A stretch of DNA of 64,000 nt from a phage, in assembly GCA_022897995.1 (NCBI GenBank), contig GCA_022897995.1_4763.1, one strand, 5' to 3'. Made by a program: the position numbers and the translations under genes. This document shows positions 37,365-46,178 of this stretch, in pieces. The first letter of the stretch is position 1. Each line of letters opens with the position of its first letter. The notes beneath the pieces were generated by a model that was not told the DNA's origin, searched no databases, and was given only the letters and a program-made list of their open reading frames with translations.

Positions 37365-37532
37365 ATGATTATGCGAAGTATCCCAGAATTTAATGATGTG
37401 ACGGTAAGCCGTCACAATGGAACTGTTACCATGTGCTTTAGATGGGGTCTATACGGCTGGAACGTGTCCGGCGATAGTGAAGCTGCATGTATCAATAAAA
37501 TGATCGAGCATTTCACTAAGCGAGGTTTTTGA
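37365..37532 (+). CDS. small hypothetical protein (55 aa)
   Basis: Ends ...ACINKMIEHFTKRGF; 3' end is copy 1 of a ~59-nt direct repeat. Confidence 0.3.
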   Translation: MIMRSIPEFNDVTVSRHNGTVTMCFRWGLYGWNVSGDSEAACINKMIEHFTKRGF

Positions 37533-37537
37533 TATGG
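37479..37537 (+). repeat. direct repeat copy 1 (gene 3' end plus stop/start junction)
   Basis: GAAGCTGCATGTATCAATAAAATG...CATTTCACTAAGCGAGGTTTTTGATATGG; ~85% identical to 37658-37716. Confidence 0.7.
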
Positions 37538-37710
37538 CTAATGAAGCTAGAAGAACGAAGGGTTTAGATACGCGGTGTAAGCCAAAAATGACAAACGAAC
37601 AGTTACAGGATTTTTTGGCTGTAGCTCTTAATTCGTCAAAAAAATCTCGTGACTACCAAGCTGAATGTATCAATAAAATCCCAGAACATTCCACTAAGCG
37701 AGGGTTTTGA
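37534..37710 (+). CDS. small hypothetical protein (58 aa)
   Basis: Ends ...AECINKIPEHSTKRGF; 3' end is copy 2 of the direct repeat. Confidence 0.3.
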   Translation: MANEARRTKGLDTRCKPKMTNEQLQDFLAVALNSSKKSRDYQAECINKIPEHSTKRGF

Positions 37711-37716
37711 TATGGT
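37658..37716 (+). repeat. direct repeat copy 2
   Basis: CAAGCTGAATGTATCAATAAAATC...CATTCCACTAAGCGAGGGTTTTGATATGG. Confidence 0.7.
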
Positions 37717-37954
37717 TGTTATTAATAATGTGGCTAATGTAATACATCTACAATCAATTGTCGCGTGGAACCGTCAAAAGATTCATTGTGACTATGCACA
37801 ACATGTAATGAATTTTAACAACAAAGTACGCGCATACATGGCAACGGAACGACTGTTAACCGATAATTACGGTAACGGGATTATTGATTGTAGCGGTTTC
37901 ATTCTGGATAAAAACGATCTGGAGTTGTTCCGGCATATCGCGGAGGATATTTAA
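37712..37954 (+). CDS. hypothetical protein
   Basis: ATG 37712 immediately after repeat copy 2. Confidence 0.4.
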   Translation: MVVINNVANVIHLQSIVAWNRQKIHCDYAQHVMNFNNKVRAYMATERLLTDNYGNGIIDCSGFILDKNDLELFRHIAEDI

Positions 37955-37955
37955 A

Positions 37956-38624
37956 ATGCTTCCAGTGGATTTAATGATTGACTTTGAAAGTTTAGGTTAT
38001 CCGCCTGATGGGGTGGTGATCAATATGGCGGCAATCGGGTTTAAAGAAGATCCGCACAATCCACCTACATTTAAAGAACTGGTTGACAATTCCTTTCTGG
38101 TAAAATTTGATATTCCTTCCCAGAAAGGTGTAAGGGTGTTTGATCATGGTGTGGTTGAATGGTGGAAGAATACCGCCTCAGAAGGCATGAGAAAGCAATT
38201 AATCACAAATGGTACGGAAGTATCAACTAAAGAAGGTTTAGCGCGTTTTAACGCATTCTGTGAATCTGTAGGAGTAGATCCGGTTAAATCCGTAATGTGG
38301 TCACGCGGTAATGCGTTTGATATTCCGTTACTAGTTGATATGATCCGCCGTGCACACAATACACGAGAGACGTTCAGCCTTGAACCTGTGCGATTCTGGA
38401 ATATCAGAGATGTTCGCACCGCCATTGAGCGTACATTGATGCATCGCGGGATGTGTGAGTGTCCGTTACCAATGGGTACGCTAGATGGTTTTATCGCACA
38501 TGATGCAATTCATGATTGCGCTCGCGATATTCTTATGCTAATCTATGCACAACGTTATGCTATGGGTCTGGAAGACCTACCAGAAAATCCAGATCCAAAT
38601 TCAGTTAAGAAACAAAGGGGATAA
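37956..38624 (+). CDS. dexA: exonuclease A DexA (DnaQ-like 3'-5' exonuclease)
   Basis: DLMIDFESLG (exo I D-x-E), downstream Asp/His motifs; adjacent to dda; GGAGGA upstream. Confidence 0.7.
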   Translation: MLPVDLMIDFESLGYPPDGVVINMAAIGFKEDPHNPPTFKELVDNSFLVKFDIPSQKGVRVFDHGVVEWWKNTASEGMRKQLITNGTEVSTKEGLARFNAFCESVGVDPVKSVMWSRGNAFDIPLLVDMIRRAHNTRETFSLEPVRFWNIRDVRTAIERTLMHRGMCECPLPMGTLDGFIAHDAIHDCARDILMLIYAQRYAMGLEDLPENPDPNSVKKQRG

Positions 38625-38625
38625 T

Positions 38626-38799
38626 ATGCCATTATACGATTATTCTTGTGAAGAACACGGTCAATTTCAGAAAATCCGCAAAATTTCCGAGCGTGAAAAG
38701 GCAGAATGCCCTGAATGTGGTAAAGAATGCAAACAGGGATTAACTGCCCCGCGCGGGATTAATGGCGGGTACTATGATAAAAATGTGCGCGTGTCATGA
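38626..38799 (+). CDS. zinc-ribbon protein (FmdB-like CxxC...CPxCG)
   Basis: MPLYDYSCEEHG...ECPECGKEC. Confidence 0.5.
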   Translation: MPLYDYSCEEHGQFQKIRKISEREKAECPECGKECKQGLTAPRGINGGYYDKNVRVS

Positions 38800-38898
38800 G
38801 TCATATACTTGACAATCACTCAATTTTTAATATGATTGTTGCAGCCGTCTTTGTGGCGGTTGCAGTAAGTTATGGTTATGTTATGAAGAGGTTTAATA

Positions 38899-40722
38899 AT
38901 GAGTGAGTTTCGCATTTTATCTGATCGTGAACATGTCCTTAAGCGTGCAGGAATGTATATAGGATCAACAACTTACGAAGAACATCAACGTTTCCTGTTC
39001 GGTAAATGGACAAAAATTTCATACGTTCCTGGACTGGTTAAAATCATTGATGAGATCATCGACAACTCTGTAGACGAGGCGATCCGCACTAACTTTGAAT
39101 TTGCCAATGTGATTAGCGTCGATATCCAAAACAATATTGTTACGGTAACAGACAATGGTCGCGGTATTCCTCAACATATGGTTACTACCCCAGAGGGCAC
39201 GCAGATTCCGCAACCTGTAGCCGCATGGACACGAACAAAAGCAGGGTCTAACTTTGATGATACCAATCGATTAACGCAAGGGATGAACGGTGTTGGGTCG
39301 TCGTTGTCAAATTTCTTTAGCGATTGGTTTACTGGTGTAACCTGTGACGGCGAAACAGAAATGACCGTTCAATGCACAAACGGTGCTGAAAATATCACAT
39401 GGTCATCAAAACCATCAAAATTGAAGGGAACGAAGGTTACATTTTGTCCAGACTTCGACCACTTCGAAGGTTATATGATGGACAACTCTGTTTTAGATAT
39501 TGTTCATGATCGTCTGCAATCATTGAGCGTAATATTTCCTAAGATCACGTTTAAGTTTAATGGTAAACGTATTGTTAGTAAGTTCAAGGATTATGCTAAA
39601 CTATACAATGATGATCCGTTTGTCATTGAAGATAAAAACTTTTCACTTGCCCTAGTTCCTGCGGTCGAGGGAGAAGGTTTTAAATCAGTATCCTTTGCTA
39701 ATGGTCTGTTTACCAAAAACGGGGGAACACACGTAGACTACGTGACAGATGATCTTTGTGAAGAGATTGTAAAACGAATCAAGAAAGAATATAAGGTTGA
39801 TGTTACTAAAGCTGCGGTTAAGTCTGGATTGACCTGTATTCTTATTGTTCGTGAATTGCCTAACCTTCGTTTTGATTCACAGACAAAAGAACGATTGACT
39901 AACCCGACTGGTGATATCAAGCGTCATATTGATCTTGATTTTAAAAAGCTGGCTAAAGTCATTGCGAAGAAAGAAAACATTATCATGCCTATTATTGCTG
40001 TAGTCCTGGCACGCAAAGAGGCAGCCGATAAAGCGGCAGCGACTAAGGCAGCAAAGGCAGCAAAACGGGCTAAGGTGGCAAAACACGTTAAAGCTAACCT
40101 TATTGGAACTGACGCAGAAACTACCCTGTTTTTGACGGAAGGTGATTCCGCGATCAACTATCTGATCTCTGTACGTGATCAAGATTTACATGGCGGTTTC
40201 CCGTTGCGAGGCAAAACTCTTACAACGTGGGAACAACCGGAGGCAAAGATCGTTAAGAACGCCGAAATTTTTAACATCATGGCGATCACTGGCTTGCAAT
40301 TTGGTGTTGATGCATTGGAAGTTATGCAATACAAAAATATTGCGATTATGACAGACGCTGATACTGACGGGATCGGGTCTATTAAACCTAGTCTGATCTC
40401 TTTCTTTGCACGTTGGCCTGAATTGTTCGAAGATGGACGAATCCGGTTTATCAAAACACCTATTATCATTGCTGAACCAAAGAAAGGTGATGATGTTCGA
40501 TGGTATTATGACCTAGAAGATTTCGAGAACGACCGAGATAATATCAAAGGTTACAACATTCGATATATCAAAGGTTTAGCATCGCTCACAGAATCCGACT
40601 ATCATCGCGTGATCAACGATCCTGTCATGGAGATCATCACGTTACCGGAAAACTATAAAGAGCTATTCGATTTGCTCTATAGTGAAGATGCAGATCAGCG
40701 CAAAATTTGGATGTGTAGCTAA
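38899..40722 (+). CDS. 39: DNA topoisomerase II large subunit (unsplit gene 39, GyrB-like)
   Basis: 607 aa; GHKL ATPase motifs IIDEIIDNSVDE, DNGRGIP, GLHG-type TOPRIM region; no separate gene 60. Confidence 0.9.
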   Translation: MSEFRILSDREHVLKRAGMYIGSTTYEEHQRFLFGKWTKISYVPGLVKIIDEIIDNSVDEAIRTNFEFANVISVDIQNNIVTVTDNGRGIPQHMVTTPEGTQIPQPVAAWTRTKAGSNFDDTNRLTQGMNGVGSSLSNFFSDWFTGVTCDGETEMTVQCTNGAENITWSSKPSKLKGTKVTFCPDFDHFEGYMMDNSVLDIVHDRLQSLSVIFPKITFKFNGKRIVSKFKDYAKLYNDDPFVIEDKNFSLALVPAVEGEGFKSVSFANGLFTKNGGTHVDYVTDDLCEEIVKRIKKEYKVDVTKAAVKSGLTCILIVRELPNLRFDSQTKERLTNPTGDIKRHIDLDFKKLAKVIAKKENIIMPIIAVVLARKEAADKAAATKAAKAAKRAKVAKHVKANLIGTDAETTLFLTEGDSAINYLISVRDQDLHGGFPLRGKTLTTWEQPEAKIVKNAEIFNIMAITGLQFGVDALEVMQYKNIAIMTDADTDGIGSIKPSLISFFARWPELFEDGRIRFIKTPIIIAEPKKGDDVRWYYDLEDFENDRDNIKGYNIRYIKGLASLTESDYHRVINDPVMEIITLPENYKELFDLLYSEDADQRKIWMCS

Positions 40723-40728
40723 AAATAC

Positions 40729-40767
40729 TTGACATAAAAGGGAGATTCTCTATAATGGGAGTCTCCC
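40729..40767 (+). promoter_or_regulatory. early promoter with GGGAGA/TCTCCC stem-loop (PeSL)
   Basis: TTGACA 40729-40734, 16-nt spacer, TATAAT 40751-40756; hairpin followed by TTTTCTTTT. Confidence 0.6.
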
Positions 40768-40790
40768 TTTTCTTTTATGAGGATTAAACA

Positions 40791-41090
40791 ATGAGCAAAA
40801 AGAATAATATGATGATGAGTATGGCAAAGTTTATGGAAGCGGACCTGATCAAAAATACAGTACAACATGAACGCCAGCGAGAAGCCGCAGTGATTGCAGA
40901 ACAAGGTTTTCAGGTTATCCGCAATCCACCTAAAGACACGGTTAAATCGAAATACAGAGACGATCTGAAAGACCATGAAGTACGGGAACTGGTTAATGAT
41001 CTGCGTGACATTGCCATCAAATATCATGGTTATCAGTGCTTACGAGAACTGATTGCATCGCGAGTAATGGATGCCCTGAAAAAAGATTAA
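40791..41090 (+). CDS. hypothetical protein
   Basis: 99-aa ORF after promoter cassette. Confidence 0.45.
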   Translation: MSKKNNMMMSMAKFMEADLIKNTVQHERQREAAVIAEQGFQVIRNPPKDTVKSKYRDDLKDHEVRELVNDLRDIAIKYHGYQCLRELIASRVMDALKKD

Positions 41091-41096
41091 AATCTG

Positions 41097-41131
41097 TTGA
41101 CACCGGATCGGGGATATATCATAATGTCCCC
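41097..41131 (+). promoter_or_regulatory. early promoter with GGGGATAT/ATGTCCCC stem-loop (PeSL)
   Basis: TTGACA 41097-41102, 17-nt spacer, CATAAT 41120-41125. Confidence 0.55.
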
Positions 41132-41155
41132 ATCGAAAACAAAAGGTTGACTTAT

Positions 41156-41350
41156 ATGAAACCGTTTAAGAATGAAGAAACTCAAAAATTTTGTGAAAAA
41201 ATTGCAGAAATCTACTTGACAGGGAATAAGGAAAAAGCTAATATTATGTTCAAAGAGTCAGTTTCCATGATGAAAGTAGCACGCTGGGAACTGATCGCAA
41301 TGCAAGACCAAATTCGTTATCTAGTAACAAAGGAGAATCAAAATGCGTAA
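41156..41350 (+). CDS. hypothetical protein
   Basis: ATG 41156 downstream of promoter; 64 aa. Confidence 0.4.
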   Translation: MKPFKNEETQKFCEKIAEIYLTGNKEKANIMFKESVSMMKVARWELIAMQDQIRYLVTKENQNA

Positions 41351-41537
41351 CCATTACATCGAACTGACAAGCCGTAGAGTTTCCGATCTGAAAGGCGTAA
41401 TTGCTTACTATGAAGAAGTCCTGAAAAACGAAATTGCCGAGTGGGAACGTAAAGAATACAGCAAGTGCTTAGAGAAAAGCCGCGCTGAACTGGTTGACGC
41501 AGAAGCCCATTTGCAATGGGTGATTGAAAATGTATAA
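41343..41537 (+). CDS. hypothetical protein
   Basis: 64-aa ORF, AAGGAGAATCAAA upstream. Confidence 0.4.
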   Translation: MRNHYIELTSRRVSDLKGVIAYYEEVLKNEIAEWERKEYSKCLEKSRAELVDAEAHLQWVIENV

Positions 41538-41547
41538 GGAGTAGAAA

Positions 41548-41805
41548 ATGAATAGAAGTTTTGATTTTATTTTCGCCAAGTGTCATCGAGAAAAGAAATC
41601 GATGGACCTGTTTATGGAGTGTTTGAGGTATGAATATGCGCATCTTCGTAAACACAAAATTGATCCGCAAGTTTCCTACGAAAACATCAAGAAATATGCG
41701 AAAGAAGTGATTGACAACGATTGCACCGTGACATATAATGCGTTTATTGATTTATGGGCGTGGGATGTAATCTACGCAGAGATGGACAAAGAAGATTTTA
41801 ATTAA
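41548..41805 (+). CDS. hypothetical protein
   Basis: 85-aa ORF. Confidence 0.4.
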   Translation: MNRSFDFIFAKCHREKKSMDLFMECLRYEYAHLRKHKIDPQVSYENIKKYAKEVIDNDCTVTYNAFIDLWAWDVIYAEMDKEDFN

Positions 41806-41819
41806 GTGAGGATTATATT

Positions 41820-43928
41820 ATGAAAATGCATATTGATAATGAAGAAGTATTTGGCAGTGACTTGAGCGGTGCGGTTGATTTTTCACTGAAAGCAAGTAGC
41901 AAGGCTTTTATGGTGCTTTCTAAGAACACTTATCAATATTGTGAGCGTGCTTGCGTCCGTGAGTATTCGTGCAATGCTACCGACACTCACAAAGAAGCCG
42001 GAACCTTAGATCGTCCGTTTGATATTCATTTACCGACTGCAATCGAACCGTATTTTTCTGTGCGTGATTATGGTACTGGTATTCCGTCTAAGAAAGAATT
42101 AGAACAACTGTTTACGGTTTACTTTGAATCAACCAAAGACCAGACTAATGATTATATCGGATCTTTTGGTTTGGGTGCGAAGTCTGCTTATAGCTATACC
42201 GACACCTTTACAATCGTAAACTACTACAATGGTCGCGCTTATGGCTTTACTGCATTTGTGCAAAACTCTATGCCGAAAATGGTGCAGATTTTCGACGAAC
42301 CGACCTATGAAGACAATGGTCTGAAAATCACTATTCCGGTGAAAGAAAAAGACATTCAGACATGGCATCGAGAAGCACAATTTGTACTGCGTCATTTTGG
42401 GGAACACAAACCTAATATCAATGCCATCGAAATTAATTATTTCCCTAGCTTTGATAATTATTATGTGTGTAATGGACGTGATAACGATTCCTATGTGGTA
42501 TATGCAATCATGGGTAAGATCCAGTATCCGATCCCGTATGAATATGTTCGCGGAACATGGTTAGAAGCTGTAAACCACCAGCACCAGACCATTTACATTA
42601 ATTTTGAGTTGGGTGATCTGGACCTTATGCCATCGCGTGAAGAAGTTCACTTGTCAATTGAGACTAAAGCGAACATCGAAAAACGCATTGCAGAAATCAA
42701 TGAAATGATGTTGGAAAAGGTTAAAGAGAAGATCGCCAACATTAAAACAGAGCGTAAACTTGCTCAATTTATGAGCGAGTATTCATCGACGCAACGCAAT
42801 ATTATTAGCAAGATGGGTAAGATCGGACAATGGGACGATCCGGTAGCAATCTATAATAAGTTTGTGAATGCGGGTAAATATTCGCCTAATGACGTAGAAG
42901 GTCAGGTGTATACTCTGTATCGTACTCGTCACACAATCAGTAAATTGCGACCTGCTTTCGTTAGCAGTCAATACAACATTACGCATTTTGTATGGATGCA
43001 TAAAGAAGATATTACGTGTCTTATTGATGATACCGATAAACCGAAACTGCGTGCACTGACTCTTAACGGCATGGTCCAGGAATATGGAATCAATAAAAAA
43101 GTACTGGTGTTCCGTCAGAACAACGAAAAACATATGGAGACTTTCGAGTACATCAAACAGTATTATGATGATTCTGAAATGACCGTGATTAAGGTATCAG
43201 AGGCCGATGATCTGCGTGCTAAAGCAGTTAAGCCGGAGAAGACCGAGCGTACACAACGTGAAGCTACTCCCAAGCTGCCTAACGTGTATATCATGGAAAA
43301 GATTGGTGACAGTTGGCATAAAACCAGCCATCACATGAAAGCGGCAGAGATTCGCGAGTTATCAGGCTTGCACATGTTCCGCGTAGGTGATGCATTCGAA
43401 AGCCGTAGCCGTCAATCGATCTATAATGAAAATACATTACATACGGCGCTTGACTACTTCGGGGTAACAAAGTATATTATTACTCGAAACGAGACACAAA
43501 AATATCTCGTTGACGAACAATTGGAATGTGCGCTAGAATTTGTTCGCGGTAAGCTGGCTGGTCTGGCTAAGAAGGTTAAGACCAATCATCTGGGGTATGG
43601 CGAATATCTGGGTGTGATCACTATGTTGTTTCATGACGATGAACTAGAACGCTGTGTTCCAGAATTTATTGACAGACTGTACGGTCGTCATTATAATAAA
43701 GAGGTTTCCAAGTTACTCCTTCATACTCGTTGGATTATGGACGAAGAAACTAAAAAGATTTGTGATGAAAAATTCACGGCAGCAAACGAACGAATTAAAG
43801 CAGTTTGTGCGAAGTTTAAAGAGAATAGCCCGTTACTGTATGATATTGTAGATAACTGGTATCGTATTCTGCATAACGACAAACGCGCACAAGACTTTAT
43901 GAAACTGGTTAAGAATGTTAAATTTTAA
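41820..43928 (+). CDS. rIIA: rIIA protein
   Basis: 702 aa; N-terminal GHKL-like region (DYGTGIP, GSFGLGAKS); position upstream of rIIB. Confidence 0.85.
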   Translation: MKMHIDNEEVFGSDLSGAVDFSLKASSKAFMVLSKNTYQYCERACVREYSCNATDTHKEAGTLDRPFDIHLPTAIEPYFSVRDYGTGIPSKKELEQLFTVYFESTKDQTNDYIGSFGLGAKSAYSYTDTFTIVNYYNGRAYGFTAFVQNSMPKMVQIFDEPTYEDNGLKITIPVKEKDIQTWHREAQFVLRHFGEHKPNINAIEINYFPSFDNYYVCNGRDNDSYVVYAIMGKIQYPIPYEYVRGTWLEAVNHQHQTIYINFELGDLDLMPSREEVHLSIETKANIEKRIAEINEMMLEKVKEKIANIKTERKLAQFMSEYSSTQRNIISKMGKIGQWDDPVAIYNKFVNAGKYSPNDVEGQVYTLYRTRHTISKLRPAFVSSQYNITHFVWMHKEDITCLIDDTDKPKLRALTLNGMVQEYGINKKVLVFRQNNEKHMETFEYIKQYYDDSEMTVIKVSEADDLRAKAVKPEKTERTQREATPKLPNVYIMEKIGDSWHKTSHHMKAAEIRELSGLHMFRVGDAFESRSRQSIYNENTLHTALDYFGVTKYIITRNETQKYLVDEQLECALEFVRGKLAGLAKKVKTNHLGYGEYLGVITMLFHDDELERCVPEFIDRLYGRHYNKEVSKLLLHTRWIMDEETKKICDEKFTAANERIKAVCAKFKENSPLLYDIVDNWYRILHNDKRAQDFMKLVKNVKF

Positions 43929-43939
43929 GAGGTGATATT

Positions 43940-44071
43940 ATGACTAAACTGACCGCTATCCAGAAAGAAACCATCCGTAAACAATACGCTCGCGGCTTGA
44001 CTAAAGGCGAACTGGCACGAATCTATAATGTGTCAGACCGCACAATCCGCAAGGTTGTAGAAGCAAAATAA
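43940..44071 (+). CDS. small helix-turn-helix protein (43 aa)
   Basis: GLTKGELARIYNVSDRTIRK HTH-like; GAGGTGA upstream. Confidence 0.4.
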   Translation: MTKLTAIQKETIRKQYARGLTKGELARIYNVSDRTIRKVVEAK

Positions 44072-44133
44072 TTCTGGTATAATGATGTGAATCGGGCGGC
44101 GATAGTCGCCCAACTAATAGAGGAATGAATACT

Positions 44134-45126
44134 ATGACTAAAGCAAAAATCACCGTCTCTGACCGTAACGTTCAATGCCTGGATTCTGAAAAACAAATCA
44201 AACTGGCTAAACAGTGGGGCGAAGGTAAGTTTACTACCCGCGAAGCACTTGCGGCAGCATTTGGGGTATCTCGTCGTACTGCCTCCCGTGTATTACTGAT
44301 TCAGAAAGACGCAGTAGCGGAAGGTCGCAAGGCACTAGAAAAACGTAAAGCACGCCGTAAAACCAGTAAAGGAAAAGGCGGTGAACGCGCAAAAAAGCCC
44401 GTGACTACTTCCTCAAAAATCGTAGCAATAGCCTCAACTAAGTTTATTACTATTACATGTGGTGACATTGTTTATACTGCTGATCCGTCGCATGTTAACT
44501 TTAATGAAGCACTGGAAGCGATTAAACATAATGATTTCATCAAAGCTATTACGCTGATTGACATTAAGAAAGCGGTTGAAGTATATTATCACGGCGCTTT
44601 CCGTATCGAAAATGGTATTGTGTATTATCATAATATTGTTCTTGATAATAATCTGACTCGTCGAGTTGTGGAGTCGATTAAAGAGAATAAGCCATATACG
44701 CACTATCTGAACTTCTTTGAGAAGTGCAAGAAAAACCCTAGCCGTAAGGCCGTAGATCGTCTATTTGACTTCTTAGAGCACAACGACATTGAGATCGGGG
44801 AAGATGGTTGTTTCTATGCATGGAAACGTGTTGATGTTGATTATAAAGATTTCTTTACGCATACGTTTGATAATAGCCCAGGTCGCACGGTTAAAATGAA
44901 GCGTAAAGACGTGGACCCAGATGATGATCGCACTTGCTCTAATGGCCTCCACGTTGCAGCGAAACACTATATTCCGCACTATGGCGGTGGACGAGGCCGA
45001 ATCATTAAATGTAAAGTTGATCCGCGTCACGTTGTAAGTATCCCGAAAGATTATGCGAATGCCAAAATGCGCTGTCATCGTTACTATGTGGTTGAAGATG
45101 TAACCGAAGGTTTTAGCCATTACTAA
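44134..45126 (+). CDS. rIIB: rIIB protein
   Basis: SRLFDFLEHNDIEIGEDGCFYAWK, DRTCSNGLHV, PKDYANAKMRCHRYYVVEDVTE match remembered T4 rIIB. Confidence 0.8.
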   Translation: MTKAKITVSDRNVQCLDSEKQIKLAKQWGEGKFTTREALAAAFGVSRRTASRVLLIQKDAVAEGRKALEKRKARRKTSKGKGGERAKKPVTTSSKIVAIASTKFITITCGDIVYTADPSHVNFNEALEAIKHNDFIKAITLIDIKKAVEVYYHGAFRIENGIVYYHNIVLDNNLTRRVVESIKENKPYTHYLNFFEKCKKNPSRKAVDRLFDFLEHNDIEIGEDGCFYAWKRVDVDYKDFFTHTFDNSPGRTVKMKRKDVDPDDDRTCSNGLHVAAKHYIPHYGGGRGRIIKCKVDPRHVVSIPKDYANAKMRCHRYYVVEDVTEGFSHY

Positions 45127-45140
45127 CAGAGGAATTAATT

Positions 45141-45467
45141 ATGGTTGATATGAAAGTTACTTGCGAAAGTGCACATGTTGAAGTTGAAAGTAGCCAATAT
45201 TCATTGCGTCCGTCCGGTCGCGTTACTGTGACTATGGATGATGTTGATTTGGTTAATAATGTTAGTGTTGAAGATATCGTTAATGAGTATGATCATAGCG
45301 AACTGCTAGACGCAATTCCTGAACATGTTGTGATCCAGCACGTAGTAAGCAATAATGATCCATCGACTTTCATTAAAGAATACGGCGCTGATGAAATGCT
45401 CGATGAAATTGGCGAAAAGATTGTTATTGCATGGCTTGAAAACAACGGTTATACTGTAGAACAATAA
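45141..45467 (+). CDS. hypothetical acidic protein
   Basis: 108-aa ORF. Confidence 0.4.
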   Translation: MVDMKVTCESAHVEVESSQYSLRPSGRVTVTMDDVDLVNNVSVEDIVNEYDHSELLDAIPEHVVIQHVVSNNDPSTFIKEYGADEMLDEIGEKIVIAWLENNGYTVEQ

Positions 45468-45475
45468 TCAACATA

Positions 45476-45498
45476 GGCCGCTTTGCGCGGCCTTTCTT
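45476..45498 (+). terminator. stem-loop with short U-tract
   Basis: GGCCGC-TTTGC-GCGGCC then TTTCTT. Confidence 0.4.
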
Positions 45499-45512
45499 AG
45501 AGGGAATACATT

Positions 45513-45806
45513 ATGACGGTCACGGTTATTACCAAATACGACGACGAAAATGTGATTTACGGTGACGTGGTTGTTGTTCACGGTCGTAGCATGAAAGTTA
45601 CTGGTAATTGTAAAGATGGTGCTATTATTTGTGGTGAATTTGTGAGAACAGTCAATCCTATCACCGACGAACAAAAGCGAGTCATTATCAGAAAACTTAA
45701 AGACAGTGGATATTGTAACGTCGTGGTGATTCAAGAAAAAATTGAAGTAGGCCACTTATACACAAATCAGAAAACAATTCCGGTATCAATGGTTAAAGGC
45801 GGTTAA
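45513..45806 (+). CDS. hypothetical protein
   Basis: 97-aa ORF. Confidence 0.4.
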   Translation: MTVTVITKYDDENVIYGDVVVVHGRSMKVTGNCKDGAIICGEFVRTVNPITDEQKRVIIRKLKDSGYCNVVVIQEKIEVGHLYTNQKTIPVSMVKGG

Positions 45807-45808
45807 TA

Positions 45809-46171
45809 ATGCTAGGTCATTCTAAAATAGAAGATTGCTCATTCAGAGCAATGAAAGATGATTTTTCGGTCCTGTACGCGTCTATCCGAGAGTTGTTTGT
45901 AGATTTTAAGCAATTCAGAGAATACAAAGGCGTTAAGATGCGGGAGTGGGTATTCTGGCCTTTCTATATCATTACTCTGTTTTCTATGGTATTTTGTTTT
46001 GTCGGGATCTCTATCGCTAGTTTTGTCACTTGCGTTTTCCTGATTATCAGGTGTATCATGTTTGCTTTGATTGCTGCCCCGTTTATTGTGTCAATCCTTC
46101 CGTTAAAATGGCTATTGGATTGGGCTGATAAATCTGATAAAGTAAAGAATGTGATTTGTAAGCGTGTATGA
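45809..46171 (+). CDS. hypothetical membrane protein
   Basis: Hydrophobic helices WVFWPFYIITLFSMVFCFVGISIASFV and IMFALIAAPFIVSIL. Confidence 0.4.
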   Translation: MLGHSKIEDCSFRAMKDDFSVLYASIRELFVDFKQFREYKGVKMREWVFWPFYIITLFSMVFCFVGISIASFVTCVFLIIRCIMFALIAAPFIVSILPLKWLLDWADKSDKVKNVICKRV

Positions 46172-46178
46172 GGTGAAG

